64,000 nucleotides of DNA, from the IMG/VR virus record IMGVR_UViG_3300032295_002982, positions 1 to 64,000 of that record; one strand, written 5' to 3'. Below the pieces are notes generated by a model, which searched no databases, was not told the DNA's origin, and was given only the letters and a program-made list of their open reading frames with translations. This document shows positions 14,146 through 22,256 of this stretch, piece by piece. The translations under genes and the position numbers were made by a program. Source of the DNA: a virus (Duplodnaviria; Caudoviricetes). Positions within the stretch are counted from its first letter, which is position 1, and every line of letters starts with the position of its first letter.

Positions 14146-14152
14146 AAACAAA

Positions 14153-14237
14153 GCCCTGGTGGTGGAATTGGTAGACACAGCAGACTCAAAATCTGCCGCT
14201 GCAAGGCGTGACGGTTCGAGTCCGTCCTGGGGCACCA
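14153..14237 (+). tRNA. trnL: tRNA-Leu(CAA)
   Basis: Class II, CT-CAA-AA, CCA. Confidence 0.95.
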
Positions 14238-14262
14238 TGAGACAGAATCGAAAGCATGAGCA

Positions 14263-14733
14263 ATGAAAAAACTTGATCTAGAAAAAGTCCGAGAATTTAT
14301 TCAAGCTCAGACGCCTGACACCCGGATCTATCTTGGCTGTGACAGCGAATGTTTCCGTCAAGACGGTGAGTGGTACGCAGACTATGTGTTGGCCATTGTG
14401 GTACACATCAACGGCAACAACGGTTGCAAATTGTTTGGTGAAGTTCAACGCGAACGTATCTGGGATGCTAGATCTAATCGTCCCTCACTGAGACTCATGA
14501 CCGAAGTTTACAAAGTCAGTGAGCTCTATCTTCGCTTGGCAGACGTTTTGCAAGATCGCCATGTTGAAGTGCACCTTGACATCAATCCTGACGAACAACA
14601 CGGATCAAGTTGTGTGATCAGCCAGGCAGTGGGATATATAAAAGGCACTTGCAATGTGGTCCCATTTGTTAAACCACAGGCATTTGCTGCCAGCTATGCT
14701 GCTGATAGATTGAAAAATCTCAGAGTGGCTTAA
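14263..14733 (+). CDS. Ribonuclease H-like YkuK family protein
   Basis: IYLGCDS, RLMTEV, VEVHLDIN, VKPQAFAASYAAD. Confidence 0.8.
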   Translation: MKKLDLEKVREFIQAQTPDTRIYLGCDSECFRQDGEWYADYVLAIVVHINGNNGCKLFGEVQRERIWDARSNRPSLRLMTEVYKVSELYLRLADVLQDRHVEVHLDINPDEQHGSSCVISQAVGYIKGTCNVVPFVKPQAFAASYAADRLKNLRVA

Positions 14734-14739
14734 ACCAAT

Positions 14740-14928
14740 ATGGACATTATGGAAGACTTGATACTGACCAAAAAACAGATTGATAGGCTGTTTGTGATAT
14801 CTGATCAGATGAAATATTTTGATGATTACACAGTGACCCTACACCATGATGGCACAGTGAGTGTGCGGTTTGAAATCCCAAAAGATTTTGACAGCAAACA
14901 CAAATTTGTAGAAGAACATTTTCGATAA
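14740..14928 (+). CDS. Hypothetical protein
   Basis: ORF track; fills the gap between genes. Confidence 0.5.
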   Translation: MDIMEDLILTKKQIDRLFVISDQMKYFDDYTVTLHHDGTVSVRFEIPKDFDSKHKFVEEHFR

Positions 14929-14929
14929 C

Positions 14930-15003
14930 GGCGCGGTAGAGTAACGGTAATTCGTGAGTCTCATAAGCTCAAGATGGAGGTTCGATTCCTCCCTGCGCAA
15001 CCA
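14930..15003 (+). tRNA. trnfM: Initiator-like tRNA-Met(CAT)
   Basis: 1:72 mismatch (G-A), A11-U24, CT-CAT-AA; lacks the three consecutive GC anticodon-stem pairs. Confidence 0.8.
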
Positions 15004-15008
15004 AACAT

Positions 15009-15084
15009 GCGGGTGTAGCTCAGTTGGTAGAGCATTTGCCTTCCAAGCAAAATGTCGTCAGTTCGAACCTGATCACCCGCTCCA
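15009..15084 (+). tRNA. trnG: tRNA-Gly(TCC)
   Basis: Cloverleaf, CT-TCC-AA, U73, CCA. Confidence 0.95.
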
Positions 15085-15090
15085 GTTTTT

Positions 15091-15165
15091 CGGCCCTTAG
15101 CTCAGCGGAAGAGTCCTGGTCTTCGAAACCAGTTGTCGGCAGTTCGAATCTGTCAGGGCCGGCCA
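15091..15165 (+). tRNA. trnR: tRNA-Arg(TCG)
   Basis: Cloverleaf, CT-TCG-AA, CCA. Confidence 0.9.
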
Positions 15166-15283
15166 CTAAAGAAAATCATGACACAAAAATCATGATTGCA
15201 TGGATGCAAACGCACTGCACAATGTGTCATAATCTAGCTACATATACTAGACAGTATATGTCATTTTTTAAAGGAGAATCAAA

Positions 15284-15358
15284 ATGGCTTGGACTACTCC
15301 CGCAGCGCAAGATATGCGTTTTGGATTTGAAATCACTATGTACATTGCCAATCGCTGA
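15284..15358 (+). CDS. pqqA: PQQ precursor peptide PqqA
   Basis: MAWTTPAAQDMRFGFEITMYIANR*, with the W.P...D.RxGFExTxY..NR signature (E-x3-Y); AAAGGAG RBS; not in the ORF track. Confidence 0.93.
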   Translation: MAWTTPAAQDMRFGFEITMYIANR

Positions 15359-15378
15359 TTTTCAGCCTTGGTTTTGAC

Positions 15379-15406
15379 AAAATCCACCCTATCAGGGTGG
15401 ATTTTT
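15379..15406. terminator. Intrinsic terminator after pqqA
   Basis: AAAATCCACCCT-ATC-AGGGTGGATTTT-T. Confidence 0.85.
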
Positions 15407-15449
15407 CATCTATAATGCAGTGGACACAAATGGCACTGTTAAATACTGC

Positions 15450-15758
15450 ATGAGCAATCAAGATCACAAATTCACGCACAGTAAACGACTGCATCATGAT
15501 CAAGTGGCCATAGATCGACAGTTACACATCGCTCGTGATCACAGCATGCATCGCAACTACAAATGGAAAAGCATTGCAGAACCTCATCGCAATCACAAAA
15601 TGAGTATCATGAATTGCGGTATACCACGATGTCCCATGTGTAGCAACCCTAGAAGAATTTGGAAACTGTTAACTGCACAAGAACAACGTCAGATGCAAGA
15701 CCTTGATCAAGTGCGCAATCGACACAGCAACGGAAAACCCACTGATGAATCTATTTGA
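15450..15758 (+). CDS. Hypothetical basic, His-rich protein
   Basis: NCGIPRCPMCSNPR motif; TAAATA just upstream. Confidence 0.65.
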   Translation: MSNQDHKFTHSKRLHHDQVAIDRQLHIARDHSMHRNYKWKSIAEPHRNHKMSIMNCGIPRCPMCSNPRRIWKLLTAQEQRQMQDLDQVRNRHSNGKPTDESI

Positions 15759-15942
15759 TAAAATCCTCATAGCCAGTCGTCGCAGTAGAGAACTGGCCCG
15801 GGGCGATGCTCCCAAAATTCTCAGCGAAAACGGTCCGCTGATCACTGCTCTCAACGAAATTGATGCTGGCAAGATTGGCAAGGAATATCTCCGCCGTGAT
15901 CCAGAATTTGTGACCAGAAAGCGATCATGGAAAAAAGATTAA
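15745..15942 (+). CDS. rpoZ: RNA polymerase omega subunit-like protein
   Basis: NLFDKILIASRRSREL..G and ALNEIDAGKI align with omega NRFDLVLVAARRARQ / ALREIEEG; alternative TTG start at 15703. Confidence 0.8.
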   Translation: MNLFDKILIASRRSRELARGDAPKILSENGPLITALNEIDAGKIGKEYLRRDPEFVTRKRSWKKD

Positions 15943-15944
15943 AG

Positions 15945-16091
15945 ATGTTTGAGGCAGTGTTGCGATTGCCTGACGGCAAAGAAAGCACTGCCAGGATCAT
16001 GGCGGAAGATGCTTATCGCGCACACGAACTGTTGAAACAGCTACACGGTGCTAGGAACATACCCTATCTACCGCGAATGATACCACACTAA
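15945..16091 (+). CDS. Hypothetical protein (48 aa)
   Basis: Hand-translated [18 protein letters not shown]..., packed between neighbours. Confidence 0.55.
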   Translation: MFEAVLRLPDGKESTARIMAEDAYRAHELLKQLHGARNIPYLPRMIPH

Positions 16092-16099
16092 GGAAAAAC

Positions 16100-17413
16100 A
16101 TGCAAAATTTGAAACTATTAGACCAACACGACTACCGTGTGGCTGACATTTCGTTGGCTGAATGGGGTCGTCGTGAAATTGCCATAGCCGAACATGAAAT
16201 GCCCGGTCTCATGGCCATTCGCGAACAGTATCGTGAAAGTCGGCCCTTGCAAGGTGCAAGAATTGCCGGCAGCCTGCACATGACTGTGCAAACTGCTGTG
16301 TTGATCGAAACCTTGATTGATCTTGGCGCTGAGGTGCGTTGGAGTTCGTGCAATATCTTCAGCACTCAAGATCATGCTGCTGCGGCCTTGGCTGCTAGAG
16401 GTATTCCGGTGTTTGCCTGGAAAGGTGAAACCGAACAAGAATATTGGTGGTGCATTGAGCAAACTCTGCACGGTGCCAATGGCTGGACTCCCAATCTCCT
16501 GCTGGATGATGGGCACGATCTCACAGGATATGTGCATGATCACTGGCCAGAACTGATTGCCAACATTCGCGGCGTCAGCGAAGAAACAACCACTGGCATT
16601 CACAAGCTGATTGAACGACAGCAAAACAAAACTTTATTGATTCCGGCCATCAACGTCAATGACAGTGTGACCAAGAGCAAGTTTGACAATCTATATGGTT
16701 GCCGGGAAAGCCTGGTGGATGCTATCAAACGTGCCACTGATGTCATGATTGCAGGCAAAGTGGCTGTGGTTGCAGGCTACGGCGATGTGGGCAAAGGATC
16801 AGCACAGAGTCTACGTGGCCTAGGTGCTCAGGTCTGGATCACAGAAATTGATCCCATCTGTGCCCTGCAAGCAGCCATGGAAGGCTACCGTGTGGTCACC
16901 ATGGACTATGCGGCCGAACATGCAGACATCTTTGTCACTGCCACTGGCAACATCAATGTGATCACTCGCGAACACATGTCGCAGATGAAAACCAATGCCA
17001 TTGTTTGCAACATTGGTCACTTTGACAGTGAAATTGACATTGCTGGTATTCAAGACTGGTCCTGGCAAGAAATCAAACCCTTGGTTGACCATGTAACCAG
17101 ACCCGACGGCGGACAAATCATTGTGCTGGCCAAGGGACGTTTGGTCAATCTTGGTTGCGGTACAGGACATCCCAGTTTTGTGATGTCAAACAGTTTTGCC
17201 AATCAGGTCTTGGCACAGATTGAACTGTGGACCAATACAGCGGCATACCAGTCCGGTGAACTGTATCTGTTGCCCAAACACATTGACGAGCAAGTTGCAC
17301 GACTGCATTTGGACCAAATTGGCGCTCAGCTCACTGCACTGACTCCAGCGCAGGCACAGTACATCGGTGTAGATCCACAAGGTCCCTACAAAGGTGCCAA
17401 CTATCGTTACTGA
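16100..17413 (+). CDS. ahcY: Adenosylhomocysteinase
   Basis: [68 protein letters not shown]. Confidence 0.97.
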   Translation: MQNLKLLDQHDYRVADISLAEWGRREIAIAEHEMPGLMAIREQYRESRPLQGARIAGSLHMTVQTAVLIETLIDLGAEVRWSSCNIFSTQDHAAAALAARGIPVFAWKGETEQEYWWCIEQTLHGANGWTPNLLLDDGHDLTGYVHDHWPELIANIRGVSEETTTGIHKLIERQQNKTLLIPAINVNDSVTKSKFDNLYGCRESLVDAIKRATDVMIAGKVAVVAGYGDVGKGSAQSLRGLGAQVWITEIDPICALQAAMEGYRVVTMDYAAEHADIFVTATGNINVITREHMSQMKTNAIVCNIGHFDSEIDIAGIQDWSWQEIKPLVDHVTRPDGGQIIVLAKGRLVNLGCGTGHPSFVMSNSFANQVLAQIELWTNTAAYQSGELYLLPKHIDEQVARLHLDQIGAQLTALTPAQAQYIGVDPQGPYKGANYRY

Positions 17414-17439
17414 TATTGCAACACTGTTAGCAAAATCAC

Positions 17440-17464
17440 AATGCCCGCTCTGGCGGGCATTTTC
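17440..17464 (+). terminator. Intrinsic terminator
   Basis: AATGCCCGC-TCTG-GCGGGCATT-TTT. Confidence 0.8.
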
Positions 17465-17493
17465 TTGACCAAAAAAGAGTTTGATGCTATACT
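17465..17493 (+). promoter_or_regulatory. sigma70-type early promoter
   Basis: TTGACC-17-TATACT. Confidence 0.8.
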
Positions 17494-17520
17494 ATATACA
17501 ATTAACACTGTGAGGTAACC

Positions 17521-17730
17521 ATGACCAACCAATATGATCGTGAACTGGTGTTATTGAGCACCCGTTTGAACACTGTGCGGCATCTGCTGCGTGAACGTGC
17601 CTATAGCACATGGGCGTTGGACTACTGGAGAACAGTGGAACAACAGCTGGAACGTAGATGGATCATGTTGAGCCGTGGGGTTCGAGTGTACAGTACAAAA
17701 CAAGAAGAGGAGCAACCATGGATGTTGTAG
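17521..17730 (+). CDS. Hypothetical protein
   Basis: GAGG RBS, downstream of a promoter. Confidence 0.65.
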   Translation: MTNQYDRELVLLSTRLNTVRHLLRERAYSTWALDYWRTVEQQLERRWIMLSRGVRVYSTKQEEEQPWML

Positions 17731-18215
17731 AAAGAGCTAGAGTTTTTGCCACCGCAGCCCATGCGGCTGTACGGCAACTGAGAAAATACACCGGAGAGCC
17801 CTACATCGTGCATCCGCGCGAAGTGGCTGGCTTGGTAGCAGCCGCACCCAACGCCACACCGGCCATGATAGCCGCGGCCTGGATGCATGACGTGCTGGAA
17901 GATACCGGTGTCACCGAAGCAGAAATGCGTGAGGAGTTTGGTGACGAAGTCACTGACCTTGTGGTATGGCTCACCGACGTCGAAACTGGTAATCGTGCTA
18001 CTCGCAAGCGTCTGGCAGTGGAACGCATGAGCCGAGCTCCGGTGGAGGCTAAAACTGTGAAGTTGGCAGATCTTGTGAGCAATACCAGCACCATTGTCAA
18101 GTATGATCCCAATTTTGCTCCCACGTATCTGCGTGAGAAGCGAGACATGCTTGAAGTCTTGACCGATGGCGATGCTGTGCTGTTTGCACGAGCCAACGAA
18201 AATATTGGGGGGTAA
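17718..18215 (+). CDS. SpoT/Mesh1-type HD hydrolase (small alarmone hydrolase-like)
   Basis: AHAAVRQLRKYTGEPYIVHP, AAWMHDVLEDT, VKLADLVSN. Confidence 0.85.
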   Translation: MDVVERARVFATAAHAAVRQLRKYTGEPYIVHPREVAGLVAAAPNATPAMIAAAWMHDVLEDTGVTEAEMREEFGDEVTDLVVWLTDVETGNRATRKRLAVERMSRAPVEAKTVKLADLVSNTSTIVKYDPNFAPTYLREKRDMLEVLTDGDAVLFARANENIGG

Positions 18216-18216
18216 C

Positions 18217-18381
18217 ATGGATCTACAATATGCTGTGATCGCGCTGCATGATATTGCACGTGAAATTGAAACACAAGTGGGACAAGGTCAGCTCAGCGAG
18301 GATGTAAGACGCTGTGCTGACCGACTACATGTCATAATCAACCCTATTGAAAGCAATCATGACAGAATTCGTGACCAGTGA
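18217..18381 (+). CDS. Hypothetical protein
   Basis: GGGGG RBS, operon packing. Confidence 0.55.
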   Translation: MDLQYAVIALHDIAREIETQVGQGQLSEDVRRCADRLHVIINPIESNHDRIRDQ

Positions 18382-18925
18382 TCTACATTTTGGTCATGCA
18401 AACATACAGGCATTTTGTCCACGCACTCGAGGCCACTATCGTGACGTAGAACACATGAACCATGATCTAGTCGATCGTTGGAACAGATTGATCCGACCTC
18501 AGGACACAGTGTATGTCTTGGGCGATGTGTGTTTCATGCGACCAGAACCGGCTGTGGCCACTCTCCATTCGCTCAACGGCAAGAAAATCTTGATTCAAGG
18601 CAATCATGATCGCAAGCTTTTGAAAACAACAGTGTTTCGTGACTGCTTTGCCGAGGTGCACCACTATCTTGACATCACTCGCAATGGTTTGAAAATTGTG
18701 ATGTTTCACTATCCCCTGGCAGAGTGGGATCAACAGTATCGCGGCAGTGTGCATTTTTATGGGCATCTGCATGGCAATGTCAGCGGCATCGAACACTATC
18801 GTGCCATAGATGTTGGTTTTGATGCCACGGGCAAAATTGCGTTATCTCTAGACGAGGCCATTGCTCGGGCCATGCAGGGTCGCATCAAGACTCATGCCAC
18901 ACCCAGTCCACAAATACCAGCCTGA
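18359..18925 (+). CDS. Calcineurin-like metallophosphoesterase
   Basis: TSDLHFGH, VLGDV, GNHD, HYP, GHLH. Confidence 0.9.
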   Translation: MTEFVTSDLHFGHANIQAFCPRTRGHYRDVEHMNHDLVDRWNRLIRPQDTVYVLGDVCFMRPEPAVATLHSLNGKKILIQGNHDRKLLKTTVFRDCFAEVHHYLDITRNGLKIVMFHYPLAEWDQQYRGSVHFYGHLHGNVSGIEHYRAIDVGFDATGKIALSLDEAIARAMQGRIKTHATPSPQIPA

Positions 18926-18933
18926 AAGATCGC

Positions 18934-19101
18934 ATGGAAGACTTAGTGTACCGTTTGCGCAAGCGAGCAGAAATACGTAGACAGATACCTTCACGTCGCA
19001 GTGTGCAAGAAGGACAGCCAGATCGCTTGGCCGACCTCCTAGATGAGGCTGCTGACGAAATCGAACGGTTGCAAAATCAGCAACAGTTGTTAGATCAGTA
19101 A
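18934..19101 (+). CDS. Hypothetical protein (55 aa, MEDLVYRLRKRAEIRRQI...)
   Basis: Hand-translated; ADLLDEAADEIERL coiled segment. Confidence 0.6.
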   Translation: MEDLVYRLRKRAEIRRQIPSRRSVQEGQPDRLADLLDEAADEIERLQNQQQLLDQ

Positions 19102-19124
19102 CTTTGTTGCTGATTCAGCAACAT

Positions 19125-19153
19125 TTGACCAAAAAGAGCTCGTTGTGTATAAT
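19125..19153 (+). promoter_or_regulatory. sigma70-type early promoter
   Basis: TTGACC-17-TATAAT. Confidence 0.85.
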
Positions 19154-19182
19154 AGCGGTACAGTACATAACAAGGAGCCGAC

Positions 19183-19512
19183 ATGCAAGAAAAAGAACTT
19201 AACTATCGCGCAGCAGGTGGATTTGCACGGGGCGCGGCAATCAATGCTCGTATGCGTACTCTAGCCATGTGGAGCCACTATCCTTATCAAGCCAAGGTAC
19301 AGGCAGAACGCATGGCAATGGGCCTGGAGTTTGTGTATTCGGCCAAAGAAATTTTTGTGAATCCGCGCAAGAACTTTATAGCAATCAAGGTCGAGCAAGG
19401 TCGTGTGAAAAATCGTCAGGAACTCGAACTGCTCGAACGTGAGTGGACCCAGCAAGGCATCACCAAGGTTGTGACTGATCAGGCCATTATCTATCGTATC
19501 AACCGAAGCTGA
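19183..19512 (+). CDS. Hypothetical protein
   Basis: AAGGAG RBS. Confidence 0.7.
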   Translation: MQEKELNYRAAGGFARGAAINARMRTLAMWSHYPYQAKVQAERMAMGLEFVYSAKEIFVNPRKNFIAIKVEQGRVKNRQELELLEREWTQQGITKVVTDQAIIYRINRS

Positions 19513-19576
19513 TAGACAAAAAATACAAGAACGTCGTACAATATGTTGGTAGTCAACTCATTGGAGAAAGCAAAAC

Positions 19577-20662
19577 ATGTCAGAAACTAGAACAGTAACA
19601 TCCGCGCAGGCACGTAAGAGCATCCTACGTGCGTTTCGAGTCAAGCGTCCGTTGTTCCTGTGGGGACCTCCCGGCATCGGCAAGAGCGAGCTGGTTGAAG
19701 GCATCACACAAGAACTGGGCGGCTACATGATTGACCTGCGTCTGGGTCAGATGGAGCCCACTGACATTCGCGGCATTCCGTTTTACAACAAAGAGCTTGG
19801 CAAGATGGACTGGGCCGCGCCCATTGACTTGCCAGACGAAGAACTCGCTAGCCAGTACCCCATGGTGGTTTTGTTCATGGACGAGATGAACTCAGCAGCA
19901 CCGTCAGTGCAGGCGGCAGCATATCAGCTGATTCTCAACCGACGCATTGGCAAATATCGTTTGCCTGACAATGTTGTCATGGTGGCAGCTGGCAATCGCG
20001 AGAGCGACAAGGGCGTGACCTATCGTATGCCCACTCCGTTGGCGAATCGCTTTATTCACCAGGAGATGAAGGTAGACTTTGCGTCGTGGCAGGAATGGGC
20101 AGTTACCAACGCCATCCACAAAGACGTTGTTGGTTATCTGACCTTTGCCAAGCAAGACCTCTACGACTTTGATGCCAAGAGCTCAAGTCGCAGTTTTGCT
20201 ACACCGCGTACCTGGACCTTTGTGAGTCAACTGTTAGAGGAAGACGAGGACACCGACACCCTGACCAATCTCATTGCAGGCACTGTGGGCGAAGGTCTAG
20301 CTGTGAAGTTCATGCAGCATCGCAAGGTGGCAGCTCGTATGCCGCGTCCTGAGGACATCCTCAGCGGCAAAGTCAAAGATCTGGACATCAAAGAAGTTTC
20401 AGCCATGTACTCGTTGGTGATTTCCATGTGCTACGAGCTCAAGGCGGCAGTGGAGAACAAGGTTGATGACAAACAGTTTCATGACATGGCCGATAACTTC
20501 CTGGGCTATATGATGAAGAACTTTGAGACAGAACTCACTGTGATGGGGGCTCGTATTGCGCTGACAACATACAACCTCCCGTTCTTGCCCACCAAGCTCA
20601 AGAACTTCAACGAGTTCCACCAGCGTTTTGGCAAGTACATCCTGCAGGCAGCTGCCAACTAA
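19577..20662 (+). CDS. MoxR-like AAA+ ATPase
   Basis: WGPPGIGKS Walker A, LFMDEMN Walker B, AAGNR, ANRF. Confidence 0.9.
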   Translation: MSETRTVTSAQARKSILRAFRVKRPLFLWGPPGIGKSELVEGITQELGGYMIDLRLGQMEPTDIRGIPFYNKELGKMDWAAPIDLPDEELASQYPMVVLFMDEMNSAAPSVQAAAYQLILNRRIGKYRLPDNVVMVAAGNRESDKGVTYRMPTPLANRFIHQEMKVDFASWQEWAVTNAIHKDVVGYLTFAKQDLYDFDAKSSSRSFATPRTWTFVSQLLEEDEDTDTLTNLIAGTVGEGLAVKFMQHRKVAARMPRPEDILSGKVKDLDIKEVSAMYSLVISMCYELKAAVENKVDDKQFHDMADNFLGYMMKNFETELTVMGARIALTTYNLPFLPTKLKNFNEFHQRFGKYILQAAAN

Positions 20663-20668
20663 CCAACC

Positions 20669-20696
20669 AGGGACTGCTTCGGCAGTCCCTTTTTTT
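20669..20696 (+). terminator. Intrinsic terminator
   Basis: AGGGACTGC-TTCG-GCAGTCCCT-T6. Confidence 0.9.
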
Positions 20697-20699
20697 GCC

Positions 20700-21017
20700 A
20701 TGCACTATCGAGTGATTCACACCGATCGACGCCACAACTGGCATCGGCACTTTAGATACATCATTGAATTTGTGCCCAACTATCCCGGCAGTGGTGTCTT
20801 GGATTTTGATCGCGCCCTTAAGTGGTTCAATCGTACCTGGGGATGGAGCACCGACGTAGACTTGGCCATGCGGGTAAAGGAAAGTGCCGACATGATAGAA
20901 CTGGGTCAACAGATCAATCCACACTGGGCCTACAGTGGACAATATCGCAAGTATCGCATCTATGTTCAAGGCGACCAAGAGCTTGCAATGTTTCAGTTGG
21001 TGCACAGTGGTACCTAG
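20700..21017 (+). CDS. Hypothetical protein
   Basis: Start set at ATG 20700. Confidence 0.6.
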   Translation: MHYRVIHTDRRHNWHRHFRYIIEFVPNYPGSGVLDFDRALKWFNRTWGWSTDVDLAMRVKESADMIELGQQINPHWAYSGQYRKYRIYVQGDQELAMFQLVHSGT

Positions 21018-21272
21018 GTGCACACCATCAAAAACAATCTGTTGATCATGCATCGCCCGGCCGACTGGGTGGTGCTACAGCACAGGTTGATTCAAGACTA
21101 CGGCGACAGTATTTCAATCAGCTGGGTATGTCGTCGCAAGCTAGGATTCACTGTTCGCAAACACGAAGCCTGGATTCACGTACAGGGAGGGGCTTATCGT
21201 AGAGAACCACAGATTCACCTTGATTTTTTTGACAGCACAGCCCTGAGCTGGTTTGTGCTACGATATCTGTGA
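21018..21272 (+). CDS. Hypothetical protein
   Basis: Abuts the previous stop; C-terminal WFVLRYL. Confidence 0.6.
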   Translation: MHTIKNNLLIMHRPADWVVLQHRLIQDYGDSISISWVCRRKLGFTVRKHEAWIHVQGGAYRREPQIHLDFFDSTALSWFVLRYL

Positions 21273-21335
21273 TGTTGCAAAAAAGCAACACTGTAGACCC
21301 TGTGTTTTCAATGGTTTTGCGCCTGAATTCGTCGG

Positions 21336-21364
21336 TTGACCTAAATTCGCCATGGCTGTATAAT
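21336..21364 (+). promoter_or_regulatory. sigma70-type early promoter
   Basis: TTGACC-17-TATAAT. Confidence 0.85.
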
Positions 21365-21396
21365 ATGGGTATAGTGAATAACAAGGAGCATACGAA

Positions 21397-21663
21397 ATGA
21401 GAACAGCATTTGAAGGTCTTACTACCAAAGAAATCCGCGAAGTTCGCATGTACGGTTGCACTGAAGCGCAAATGCGCCAAGCAGTTGAGTCCAGCAGCAC
21501 TTTCAAGTTCAGCGGTCCTGCAATGGTTGCAGCTGGCATGATGTCGGATGCACAAGAAATGATGGCTTTCGAACAGCCGGACTTCAATATTATTGAAGAT
21601 CAGCGTCAACTATTGAACCGTGCTAAATTTGTGCTATTCACTTATGTCATGGACAAGGAGTAA
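21397..21663 (+). CDS. Hypothetical early protein
   Basis: AAGGAG RBS. Confidence 0.7.
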   Translation: MRTAFEGLTTKEIREVRMYGCTEAQMRQAVESSSTFKFSGPAMVAAGMMSDAQEMMAFEQPDFNIIEDQRQLLNRAKFVLFTYVMDKE

Positions 21664-21667
21664 TACA

Positions 21668-21823
21668 TTGGAAGACCAAACTTTGCTTGATTGCCTGTAC
21701 GAAGAACTTGCTAGCCTTGACGAGCAGGCCGGTTGCTTTGATGAAGTAACTAACCGTTTCATTGATGATCAGCGTCGTAAACTTATGACCCAAATTCTTG
21801 AATTGGAGACTGCCAATGTTTAA
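21668..21823 (+). CDS. Hypothetical protein
   Basis: TTG start after AAGGAG. Confidence 0.55.
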   Translation: MEDQTLLDCLYEELASLDEQAGCFDEVTNRFIDDQRRKLMTQILELETANV

Positions 21824-22202
21824 TCAAACTGTAAATTTCCGCACTCAAACCAATGGCCGCGGCTACTGGAGTTCTACTGCCAAGTTGGTAACCGTCAACC
21901 GTGTTCGTCTTGCTTACCTTGATGACGACGGCGAGTTTGGTGAACTTCGTGCCTACTTTGATCCCAAAGAGTGGAACGTTGACAACGACGGCTTAATTTA
22001 TACCGACCAGGCTTGGATGTCAAATTTCCGTGAATGGATGAATACCTTGGGCTTCAGCGATGCAGCCCTTGACGATATTGATTATAGCGAGCAGGGCATG
22101 CAGGGCGACAACTATGTGAGCATGGATGTTGGCAGTGACTTCATCCGCGAGTGTGATGCACTGTATCGCTTTACGATCAATGGTCAGGCAGTGTCTGCTT
22201 GA
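21816..22202 (+). CDS. Hypothetical protein
   Basis: GGAG RBS; YSEQGMQGDNYVS motif. Confidence 0.7.
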   Translation: MFNQTVNFRTQTNGRGYWSSTAKLVTVNRVRLAYLDDDGEFGELRAYFDPKEWNVDNDGLIYTDQAWMSNFREWMNTLGFSDAALDDIDYSEQGMQGDNYVSMDVGSDFIRECDALYRFTINGQAVSA

Positions 22203-22204
22203 CT

Positions 22205-22233
22205 TTGCTGTAAATTCGCAGGTGTGCTATAAT
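22205..22233 (+). promoter_or_regulatory. sigma70-type promoter, extended -10
   Basis: TTGCTG-17-TATAAT with TG upstream of the -10. Confidence 0.65.
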
Positions 22234-22256
22234 TACAAAAACGTTGAAAGGACACT

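Noticed and set aside
6049-15165. Suppressor or selenocysteine tRNA and stop-codon recoding
   Set aside because: No CTA, TTA or TCA anticodon is present, and conserved genes end normally at TAA, TAG and TGA.
6414-15377. ORF-track entries overlapping tRNAs and ncRNAs (e.g. 6414, 6520, 8799, 9277, 12436, 12484, 13518, 13986, 14075, 15024)
   Set aside because: They lack RBS or protein motifs and are chance frames across RNA genes.
15945-16099. SAH riboswitch upstream of ahcY
   Set aside because: The region is occupied by a 48-aa ORF and I see no SAH-motif core.
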